From an uncultured Methanomassiliicoccales archaeon (lineage in GTDB: Archaea; Thermoplasmatota; Thermoplasmata; Methanomassiliicoccales; UBA472), in NCBI GenBank assembly GCA_963695345.1, contig OY968769.1:800001-864000 (forward strand): a stretch of DNA of 64,000 nucleotides. The letters run 5' to 3'. Of the stretch, positions 52,701 through 61,048 are shown piece by piece. The notes below the pieces were generated by a model. The model worked only from the letters and a program-made list of their open reading frames with translations, was not told the origin of the DNA and searched no databases. How positions within the stretch are numbered: the stretch's first letter is position 1; the number at the start of each line of letters is the position of its first letter. The position numbers were made by a program, and so were the translations under genes.

Positions 52701-52900
52701 TAACAAATCACCTTCAAGAATAACTGAACTGCTAGCCTAACTACTTTATTGTGGTCCCCCAGCTCCATATTGGACCGGTCATATGAATGTCAAGGGCGAA
52801 CCGGGGCGCGATGAGGATGGTCCGATCCCTGCGGACAGAGTACGTCGTCATTTTCGTTCGGGTATGGGGACTATGAAATAGAAGGAATTCTCATTTCGGA

Positions 52901-53908
52901 ATGATGGTTGAGGAGGAGGGACGCGGGGACCATGACCACGAGGAGGGTCATGAACACGGCCACGATCACGTCCACGCCCGCTTCGAGCCGGGGAAGAATC
53001 TGTCGAAGCCTCTCCTAATCGTGCTTGTCATTACTTCCTCATTCGCGGTGATTGAGCTTCTGGGTGGCCTTCTGTCCGGTTCACTGGCGCTGCTCTCCGA
53101 CGCGGGCCACATGTTCACCGACATCCTGGCATTGTCTTTGAGCCTGGCGGCGGCCATCATCTCCCAGCGGGAGGCCACGGCAAAGCAGACGTTCGGATAC
53201 CTCCGGGTGGAGATCCTGGTGGCCTTGGTAAATGGCGTGGCCCTGATCTTGGTCTCGATATACATCATGTATGAGGCGATAGGTAGATTCACCAACCCCA
53301 CCGGGATCGACTCCGAGCTCATGCTGGTAGTGGCCATCGCCGGACTGGTGGCGAATGTGGTCGGCATCCTCATTCTGCGGGAGCGGTCTAAGGACAACCT
53401 CAATGTGCGGGGGGCGTTCCTGCACATGGTCGGCGACCTGCTCTCCTCGGTCGGTGTCATCATAGCGGCATTGCTCATTTTCCTGTTCAACTGGACCATC
53501 GCCGACCCGGTCATCAGCATCGCCATATCACTGATAATCCTCTATGGCGCGGGGAGGCTGAGCCTGCAGTCCGCCTACATCCTGTTGGAGTTCACGCCGG
53601 CACACCTCGAACTGTCCGAAGTGCGGACCTCCCTCATGAAGATCCCCGGTGTCGAGGACGTGCACGACATACATGCCTGGACCCTCTCATCTGGGGTCCA
53701 TGCTCTCAGCGCGCACGTGAGGGTGAACGACCAGCCGGTCTCCGCCTGCTCCTGCATAGTAAAGGCTTGCGAACATCTTTTGGAGACCAAATATCAGATA
53801 AAGCACTCCACCTTGCAGCTGGAATACGAGCAATGTGACCTGGGAGTATGCTACTTCAAGGGGTTCCCGAAGGACAATGGCTCGGATGAGAAGGGCAAGG
53901 CCGACTGA
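52901..53908 (+). CDS. czcD: Cation diffusion facilitator (CzcD/ZitB-like) with His-rich N-terminus
   Basis: SLALLSDAGHMFTD, GAFLHMVGD, HDIHAW, HSTLQ; HDHEEGHEHGHDHVH. Confidence 0.92.
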   Translation: MMVEEEGRGDHDHEEGHEHGHDHVHARFEPGKNLSKPLLIVLVITSSFAVIELLGGLLSGSLALLSDAGHMFTDILALSLSLAAAIISQREATAKQTFGYLRVEILVALVNGVALILVSIYIMYEAIGRFTNPTGIDSELMLVVAIAGLVANVVGILILRERSKDNLNVRGAFLHMVGDLLSSVGVIIAALLIFLFNWTIADPVISIAISLIILYGAGRLSLQSAYILLEFTPAHLELSEVRTSLMKIPGVEDVHDIHAWTLSSGVHALSAHVRVNDQPVSACSCIVKACEHLLETKYQIKHSTLQLEYEQCDLGVCYFKGFPKDNGSDEKGKAD

Positions 53909-53939
53909 ACGAACGGCTGCGATGATCAAGCCGGATAAG

Positions 53940-54174
53940 CCTGAAGGACAACCCTATCATTCTCCTAAGGGGTGTGGGTCAGAGATTTGGGGAAGTTCGC
54001 CTGATGACCTCAACAAGTGTGTCGCACCCCTGACCCACGGAGATCTTAGGGGCCAAGGCATTATACCTGAAGGGCAAGGAGAGCATTGCGCGACCAATAC
54101 CCTGCATGTCGGGGGGACACGCATCCCTCTAGCAGAGGCCTGCCCCTTAGTCTCACGAAAGCATTGAAGGGGCA
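53940..54174. ncRNA. Putative structured non-coding RNA or non-autonomous element of unknown class
   Basis: Five or more contiguous stem-loops in the czcD-purH convergent spacer; see findings. Confidence 0.45.
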
Positions 54175-54276
54175 TCGATATGTACATAACTGAACGTGAA
54201 CAACCTCATTCCACGATGTATCCGCTGGATAAGCGTTTTGCAGGGCGCAGGCGATCCTGCCGGGATGACTGGACCT

Positions 54277-55830
54277 TCAGTGCCGGAACACCCTTACTCC
54301 CGTGAAGACCATGGCCATGCCATGCTCGTCCGCCGCCTTGATGACCTCTTCGTCCCTGATCGATCCGCCGGGCTGGATTATGGCCGTGACCCCGTTGTTC
54401 GCGGCTTCATCGATCCCGTCCCGGAAGGGGAAGAACGCATCTGAGGCCATGACCGATCCTTTGGCCTTGTCCCCGGCCTTGTGGCAGGCGATCATGGAGC
54501 TGTCGACCCGGGACATCTGTCCGGCGCCAATCCCCACGACCTGCTCCCCCTTCGCCAGTATGATCGCGTTGGACCAGACGTGCTTGACGACCTTCCAGGC
54601 AAAGAGCATTGAGCCGATCTCCGCTTCCGTAGGTGCCCTCTTGGTCACGGTCTTCAGGGTGTCCCGGCCTACGTGGATGAAGTCGTTGGTCTGTACCAGG
54701 ATGCCGCCCTTGACCCGCTTCATCTTGTTCTCCGGTTTGGCATCGTGGACCATCGGCCCGTTGGTCTTGAGAAGGCGTATGTTCTTCTTCTTCTGGATCA
54801 GTTCCAGCGCCGCCTGGTCATATCCAGGGGCGATGACGCAATCGACGAAATGCGACGCGATCATCTCCGCCGTCCTGAGGTCCACGTTCCGGTTCAGCCC
54901 TATGACGCAGCCGAAGGCCGCCAGCGGGTCGACGTTGTAGGCGATCTCGAACGCGTCCGGAATATTGTCAGAGGATGCTATGCCGCAGGGGTTGGTGTGC
55001 TTGATGACGACCACCGTTGGGCGGTCGAACTCACGCAGCAGCTCGAGCGCCGATTCGAGGTCCAGGATGTTGTTGTAGGAGAGCTCCTTGCCATGCAGCT
55101 TCTCGCTGCTGGGTACGGACACCCCGATGCTGAATGGATCCACGTAGAACGCCGCGGTCTGCTCCGGGTTCTCCCCGTATCGGAGGTCCATGGATTTTTC
55201 GAAACCGACGTTGAGCGTGGAGGGGAACTTTTCCGAAGGGAACACGCCCCCCAGGTACTGGGATATCATGGAATCATAGGTGGCGGTGGTCCGGAACGCC
55301 TCCAGCATCAGGGCCTTCAATGTGTCCTCACGGAGCTGGTTATTGTTAGCCTCCATCTCGGCCAGGATGCTACCGTAACGGGATGGGTTCGTGACCACGG
55401 CGACGGACTCATAGTTCTTGGCCGCTGCCCTGATCATGCTCGGTCCGCCAATGTCGATGTTCTCGATGATCTCTTCCAGAGACGCTCCCTTCTTGAGGAC
55501 GGTCTGCTTGAAAGGATAGAGGTTGACGACCACCATATCGATCTTGTCTATCCCCATCTTCTGGATCTGTTCCATGTGTTCCGGCAGGTCCCGGCGGGCC
55601 AGAAGACCGGCGAAGACCTTGGGGTGCAGGGTCTTCACCCGACCGTCAAGCATCTCGGGGAACCCGGTGACGTCGGCCACCGAACGGGTGCTTATTCCGT
55701 TCTTTTCCAGCAGAGAGGCGGTGCCTCCGGTACTGACGATCTCCACCCCTCTCTCGACCAGTTCCCTGGAGAAATCAACTATTCCCTCTTTGTCTGAAAC
55801 ACTGATGATGGCGCGTTCAATCTTGACCAT
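54277..55830 (-). CDS. purH: Bifunctional AICAR transformylase / IMP cyclohydrolase (bacterial-type)
   Basis: ISVSDK, STGGT, GRVKTLHP, IDIGGP, LRYGENP, KHTNPCG, GAGQMSRVDS, ASDAFFPF, FRH end. Confidence 0.97.
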   Translation of the reverse strand: MVKIERAIISVSDKEGIVDFSRELVERGVEIVSTGGTASLLEKNGISTRSVADVTGFPEMLDGRVKTLHPKVFAGLLARRDLPEHMEQIQKMGIDKIDMVVVNLYPFKQTVLKKGASLEEIIENIDIGGPSMIRAAAKNYESVAVVTNPSRYGSILAEMEANNNQLREDTLKALMLEAFRTTATYDSMISQYLGGVFPSEKFPSTLNVGFEKSMDLRYGENPEQTAAFYVDPFSIGVSVPSSEKLHGKELSYNNILDLESALELLREFDRPTVVVIKHTNPCGIASSDNIPDAFEIAYNVDPLAAFGCVIGLNRNVDLRTAEMIASHFVDCVIAPGYDQAALELIQKKKNIRLLKTNGPMVHDAKPENKMKRVKGGILVQTNDFIHVGRDTLKTVTKRAPTEAEIGSMLFAWKVVKHVWSNAIILAKGEQVVGIGAGQMSRVDSSMIACHKAGDKAKGSVMASDAFFPFRDGIDEAANNGVTAIIQPGGSIRDEEVIKAADEHGMAMVFTGVRVFRH

Positions 55831-55978
55831 TTAACAGACCTCGATGATACGAGGCATACTCAAGAATCAGGGTATGCCACCTCTATATTGAATCCGCCCT
55901 GATAAACCTAACTGGTTAGGTATCAGATGGAGAAATGTGACGCCATGTAAGTTTTTATGACCTGGAAAAACATTATTC

Positions 55979-56560
55979 ATGAGTAACATCATTGGAAGCG
56001 ATGCCATGAACACCGGCATATTGGTCTATGACACCTGCGCGCAGTTCGAGGTGGTATTCGCGGCGCTGATCCTCAAGGACAAAGGTGATGTGACCACCTA
56101 CGGGGTGGAAATGAGGGAATTCGAGACCATGGAAGGGTTCAAGATCAAACCCCACAAACTGCTAAAGGACCTGTCGACCGATGACACCGACCTGTTCATC
56201 ATACCAGGTGGACAGCCGGGCGTGATCGCCGGTAACGCCCTCCTGGGCCGGAAGATCAGAGAAATGGATTCTCAGGGTAAATTGCTTGCAGCGATCTGCG
56301 GCGGTCCGGTGCATCTGGGGAATTCAGGGGTTCTCCGAGGAAGGAGATTCACCACCTCAGTCTTTGAAGAATGGAAGGATGCCTTCGAGGGCGGGACCTA
56401 TGTCGATGAGGACCTGGTAGAGGACGGTAATATCATCACCGCCTGGCCAAACGCCTATGCGGACTTCGCATTGACCTTGGGTCGGAGGATGGGGGCGTTC
56501 AGGGACGAGGCCGAGGATGCGTCAATGGTGCGTATGGTGCGCGAGTTCCAACGTGAATAG
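55979..56560 (+). CDS. DJ-1/PfpI-family protein
   Basis: IPGG, AAICGGP nucleophile elbow, VEDGNIITA. Confidence 0.88.
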   Translation: MSNIIGSDAMNTGILVYDTCAQFEVVFAALILKDKGDVTTYGVEMREFETMEGFKIKPHKLLKDLSTDDTDLFIIPGGQPGVIAGNALLGRKIREMDSQGKLLAAICGGPVHLGNSGVLRGRRFTTSVFEEWKDAFEGGTYVDEDLVEDGNIITAWPNAYADFALTLGRRMGAFRDEAEDASMVRMVREFQRE

Positions 56561-56640
56561 GCATACTCGACAGGTCCGAACATTCAATTCATTGAGGGCA
56601 ATCCTTTTACCGCCGCCCGATATTCATCAGCCGGTTGCAT

Positions 56641-57417
56641 ATGATAGTCATCAGCGAGCGCATCAACGGGCTTTTCACTTCCGTGGGCAGAGCGATCGAC
56701 AACCGCGACGCCAAGTTCATCCAGGAGCACGCATTGAAACAGATCGCCTGCGGGGCGAACATTCTGGACGTCAACGTCGGACCAGGCCGTGAGGATGGAC
56801 CGGCGGCGATGGACTGGCTTGTCAGGACGGTTCAGGAAGTCACCGACGTCCCGCTATGCCTGGACACGCCCGGCGCAAAGACCATGACCGCAGGATTGAA
56901 GGCGTGCCAGAACAAAGTGGTCATGAACTCCACCACGGCAGAGAAGAAACGCATGGACGTCTTCTTTCCCCTGGCCCGGGAATACAACGCGGATGTCATC
57001 TGTCTAACCATGGACGAGAGGGGCATCCCGAACGATGCCGAATCCAGGACCGAGATGGCCATGCTGATGATGACCACGGCGATGGAGAACGAGATCATGC
57101 CGGAACGCCTATTCCTCGATCCGCTCATCCTGCCGACGAAGGCGGCCCAGGACCAGGGGGCCAAGGTCATCAAGGCCATTGAGATGTTCCAACAGCTGAA
57201 CGACCCTTCACCCAGGACGGTGGTCGGATTGAGCAATGTCTCCAACGGCGCTAAGGACAGGCCGCTGGTGAACCGGACGTTCCTGGCCATGCTCATGGGG
57301 GCAGGCCTCAGCGCGGCCATCCTGGACCCGGAGGACGTTCAGCTTATGGAGACGCTCAAGACGGCCCAGATACTCCGGAATGAGAAACTGTATTGCGACG
57401 ATTACCTGAGGGCATGA
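56641..57417 (+). CDS. acsE: Methyltetrahydrofolate:corrinoid Fe-S protein methyltransferase
   Basis: ISERING, LDVN, LCLDT, NST, LDP, GLSNVS, SAI.DP pterin-binding barrel. Confidence 0.92.
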   Translation: MIVISERINGLFTSVGRAIDNRDAKFIQEHALKQIACGANILDVNVGPGREDGPAAMDWLVRTVQEVTDVPLCLDTPGAKTMTAGLKACQNKVVMNSTTAEKKRMDVFFPLAREYNADVICLTMDERGIPNDAESRTEMAMLMMTTAMENEIMPERLFLDPLILPTKAAQDQGAKVIKAIEMFQQLNDPSPRTVVGLSNVSNGAKDRPLVNRTFLAMLMGAGLSAAILDPEDVQLMETLKTAQILRNEKLYCDDYLRA

Positions 57418-58194
57418 GCTCCTACGAGTTCGATCCGAAGAAGTATCTCCAGGCATCCAGTCACCAGAAGGACTGGGGCAATCGCCTGATCGATGAGCTC
57501 CAGCTAAGTGGGGACGAGATCATTCTGGACCTGGGATGCGGCGAGGGAACGCTGACCGCCAGGCTCGCGGCCTTGGTGCCGCGCGGGGGCGTGGTGGGAA
57601 TGGACTCATCGCCTCAGATGATCGAGGCGGCAAGAGAGTCTGGAGACCCCGAACCTGAAGTTCCTGTGCAGGGACATCGATGAGCTGGATTTCCATGAGG
57701 GATTCGATGTCGTCTTCTCCAACGCCGCCCTGCATTGGGTAACGGACCACGACAAACTGCTGCGGAACGTCCATGAGGCCTTGAGGCCGGATGGAATGGC
57801 CCGATTCAATTTCGCCGGGGATGGCAACTGTTCCAATTTCTTCGCGGTGGTCAGGCAGCTGATGTCCTCGCCCCGGTATGCCCGGTATTTTGAGCACTTC
57901 CTTTGGCCGTGGTACATGCCCACCGTCGAGGACTACCAGGAAAAGGTAGGTTCCACCGGGCTTTTCGATTTCCAGGTCTGGCGAGATGTGGCGGACCGTT
58001 CCTTCTCAGCGGCGGAAATGATCGGGTGGATCGAGCAGCCGTCCATCGTGCCTCTGCTGGAACAGATCGCCAGCGACGACAAGGAGGCGTTCCGCGACGA
58101 CGTGGTGGCAATGATGCTGGAGAGAACGAGGAAGGAAGACGGAGCCTTCTTCGAGACGTTCCGCCGGATCAACCTCCTGGGGCGAAAGAGATAG
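57414..58194 (+). CDS. Class I SAM-dependent methyltransferase (Tam-like); frameshift near 57635
   Basis: ILDLGCGEG, DSSPQMI, FDVVFSNAALHWV, LRPDG. Confidence 0.85.
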
Positions 58195-58250
58195 TGGCAC
58201 CTGGCCGGCAATCATTATATGTTCAACATCGGATAGCATCGCCGAAGATC

Positions 58251-58853
58251 ATGCAGAAATACCGGATAGAGGGGCTGTCGGATCTGGTCTTCGGACTGGC
58301 CCTCTCCATCGGATCGCTGGCCATGATAACTCAGCCCGTCACCGATACCAACGACATCAGGGACGGGGTGATCCAGTTCGTTTTCAGTTTCCTCATCATC
58401 GTCACCGTTTGGGTCTCCTACACGAACATCATCTCGGAGATCAAGGTGGAGACCAAGACCGACTTCCAGCTCAACCTGGCCTTACTGATGCTGGTGGCCA
58501 TCGAACCTTATCTTCTCTACCTTCTGGGCCACAATAACCAGGAGATCCTGAACTGGTCCTCCACTGCATACGCGATTGACATAGGCATGATAATGCTGAT
58601 CCTGGCCGGCCTGTACCACAAAAGGAGAGGTCCGGATGCTTCCATCGAGACCGCGGAGCATTACTCAAGGGTACGGAATCGCTACCTGGTGGTGGCGATG
58701 GTCTTCCTGGTGTCCGCCCTTCCGGTATTCTGGCAACAGAACTTCGTCATGAGCATCAACCTGCGGTTCATCATTTGGATGATGGCCATCGTGCCGGGGG
58801 TCGTCATCCGGCTGAATCTGCATCGCTCAAAGGGGATCGAAAAGGACAATTGA
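58251..58853 (+). CDS. TMEM175/DUF1211-family putative K+ channel
   Basis: RIEGLSDLVFGLALS matches the RxxxFSD motif; FVFSFLII..W; six TM helices. Confidence 0.8.
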   Translation: MQKYRIEGLSDLVFGLALSIGSLAMITQPVTDTNDIRDGVIQFVFSFLIIVTVWVSYTNIISEIKVETKTDFQLNLALLMLVAIEPYLLYLLGHNNQEILNWSSTAYAIDIGMIMLILAGLYHKRRGPDASIETAEHYSRVRNRYLVVAMVFLVSALPVFWQQNFVMSINLRFIIWMMAIVPGVVIRLNLHRSKGIEKDN

Positions 58854-58937
58854 CAGGCCATAAGCAAGTGTGCCCGAGGATAGTTTCATAATGATGCAGC
58901 TCCGAACAATAGTCCGACCTTCGGGCAGGTGTTCCAG

Positions 58938-59348
58938 ATGACATTGTATGAGGATAGGTTGAAGGAGCTCACATCTTTCGTGAACGAGCAAAGCGAAAGC
59001 GCCAACCAGACCGAGGATGGTTTCTTTCAGACCGTGCTGAACCATTCGCTGGGATATGTGGAGCAGGGCAAGGACCTGAAGGACAATTACACCAGGCTCC
59101 TGACCGTCGCCCTCTATACGGTCGACACGCTGAACACGATGATCAGCAAGTGCCAGAGCGAGGGAGCGGTGGAGGAGTTCCATAACTATCGGCAACTGGT
59201 CAAATCATTCGACTATGGGACCGAGGACGTCATGAGGTCGTACGAACGGCTAAGGGACATCTACGAGAAACTGCTCTTCGCCTCGACCTACTTCGGGTTC
59301 TGCGATTATCTCGTGGACGCCGGACCGGTGAAGGTCAGCCAGAAGTGA
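58938..59348 (+). CDS. Helical hypothetical protein
   Basis: 136-aa ORF with host-like codons; no motif recognised. Confidence 0.6.
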   Translation: MTLYEDRLKELTSFVNEQSESANQTEDGFFQTVLNHSLGYVEQGKDLKDNYTRLLTVALYTVDTLNTMISKCQSEGAVEEFHNYRQLVKSFDYGTEDVMRSYERLRDIYEKLLFASTYFGFCDYLVDAGPVKVSQK

Positions 59349-59549
59349 GCGGGATATCGAACCTCTGCTGCAAGGAGATTGCGATGCAAATGGGCGGATG
59401 GTTCTAATCCAGCTGAGACCGGCTAATGATTCGCTGAGGCTCCGTAAGATCCAGGTACGGTAGACCCGGGTATCGAAAATTGAGGTGCGGATCGGAACCG
59501 CAAGCTCCCGGTCAGGGTTTGGGGCCCCCATCCTGCATCTTCAAGACCG

Positions 59550-59699
59550 CTATTTCTTGATCTTCTGCTTGATCTTGGAGCCGGCTCCGGAAATATCCTT
59601 CTTTATCTCCCCTCCAGTCTCCTTTATCTCCTGTCCAACCTTTTTGGCCCCTTCCTTCAGCTTGTCATCGAACTCGAACTTGCCTTTCTTCTCTGCCAT
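59550..59699 (-). CDS. Small amphipathic-repeat protein (49 aa), absent from the ORF track
   Basis: MAEKKGKFEFDDKLKEGAKKVGQEIKETGGEIKKDISGAGSKIKQKIKK; AGGT SD; AT-rich upstream region. Confidence 0.65.
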   Translation of the reverse strand: MAEKKGKFEFDDKLKEGAKKVGQEIKETGGEIKKDISGAGSKIKQKIKK

Positions 59700-59900
59700 A
59701 TGTTATACCTTTGTGATAATTTGAACCGGGGCATATTTTACTTTTTTCATGAAATGGACCGTCGTTTATTACATTTACAAAATATTTGATTTCAAGATTA
59801 ATCATTTCATATGCAAGATGAAGCTAGGACCACGTACCCTACGGAGGGGGAAATGCCCTGGGAATCCTTGAACATCAGTACGCCCGGGAATATGCACGGC

Positions 59901-60938
59901 TCATCCGATAGCCAGAAGAACTCCCAGAATGACTGTGACGATCATCAGGCCAAGCGCTGTCAGATTGGATACCCAGTGAACATAGCGGTAGCGTTTCGGG
60001 TCTTTTCTCATGCCGGCCCCCGTGATTATCCCAACCACCGCGAATATGACCGTCAGAAGCGCTATCCGCCCATGCAGGGAATAGAACACCGCCCCCCTGA
60101 GCTGTTCGGTCACGGCTATCCAGTAAAGGAATGTAAGCAGCATGATCAGGTAGAATAGGATGCTCACATAGCGGTGATACCTCTGCCCGAACAGGTCAGG
60201 GATGCGGTCCGCCACCTTCCTGTCCGAGGAGTTCCTGAGGCCGGAGAGGACGGAGAATGAGCCCAGGGCCAGGGCCATCGTCATCAGCAGGGCATGAACG
60301 AACCAATCCGAGATCGGGTTGATGCTGGCGTCGTCAGCCCATCCCCTTCCCTCCCAATATCCTTTGTAGTCGTAACCGACCACCTCGATGGCGTAGACCC
60401 ATTTGGCCCATTTGTATCCCCATTCGCCTGGGACGACCGTTCTAAGCGGATATCCCTGGTCCAGGGGCAAAGTCTCGTTGTTCATCCCATAGGCCAATAT
60501 GACGTCGCCCCGCATGGCGTCCGCCATTCTGAGGCTGGTCGAATAGCCGTCCATGCCATAGAACACGACCTCCTGGGCCTCGGAGGAGGTCCCGGCCATG
60601 TCCAGTATCGCACCGAGCCGCACTCCGACCCATTCGGCGGTCCCGGAGGGGCCGGTCACGCAGCGTATCGTCTCCTTCTCTGAGGAATTGTCCATGGAAA
60701 GGACCTGTTGGTATGACAGGTTGAGCGAGCGGTCGACAAGGCCGAACACGGTGAGGGTATAGCCAGTGATGTTCACTTCCGGAACGCCGTTGTAGGAAAC
60801 GCTGAAGAAACGGTCGTTGGGGGTTATCGGAGGACCTGAGGGAGGGGCCGGCGAGGGTATCAAGAGCAGTATCAATGCTATGGAGACGAGTATGGCCAAT
60901 ACACCGACGGCCCTTTTCCACAGCATGCACTGTTTCAA
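59901..60938 (-). CDS. Sulfite-oxidase-family molybdopterin oxidoreductase with C-terminal four-TM His-containing domain
   Basis: IRCV Mo-Cys, W.GV.L, DGYSTS, GYPLR.VVPG..GYKWAKWV, GYWE.RGW; N-terminal TM; four His in the C-terminal helices. Confidence 0.88.
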   Translation of the reverse strand: MKQCMLWKRAVGVLAILVSIALILLLIPSPAPPSGPPITPNDRFFSVSYNGVPEVNITGYTLTVFGLVDRSLNLSYQQVLSMDNSSEKETIRCVTGPSGTAEWVGVRLGAILDMAGTSSEAQEVVFYGMDGYSTSLRMADAMRGDVILAYGMNNETLPLDQGYPLRTVVPGEWGYKWAKWVYAIEVVGYDYKGYWEGRGWADDASINPISDWFVHALLMTMALALGSFSVLSGLRNSSDRKVADRIPDLFGQRYHRYVSILFYLIMLLTFLYWIAVTEQLRGAVFYSLHGRIALLTVIFAVVGIITGAGMRKDPKRYRYVHWVSNLTALGLMIVTVILGVLLAIG

Positions 60939-61048
60939 TTACATCCGGGAGGGCATAATCCTTCGCCTTGGATCTTGAGATTGTCAACGTTCCATGGAAC
61001 AAGAAGGCGACCCGTCGGCAGGGCATTGTGCACGGTTCTGTTCGGCGG

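Noticed and set aside
53983-54014. CTGATGA as hammerhead core, fluoride-riboswitch 3' end or C/D box
   Set aside because: No correctly placed stem II + GAAA, no GGCGATG P1 strand, and no paired C/D guide layout; kept only as part of the unknown structured element
53835-54187. ORFs 53835-54167 (+) and 53957-54187 (-)
   Set aside because: No motifs and atypical codon usage; the region is better explained by RNA-like base pairing
57903-58250. N-terminal extension of ORF 57903-58853
   Set aside because: Overlaps the methyltransferase; the TMEM175 motif begins right after ATG 58251
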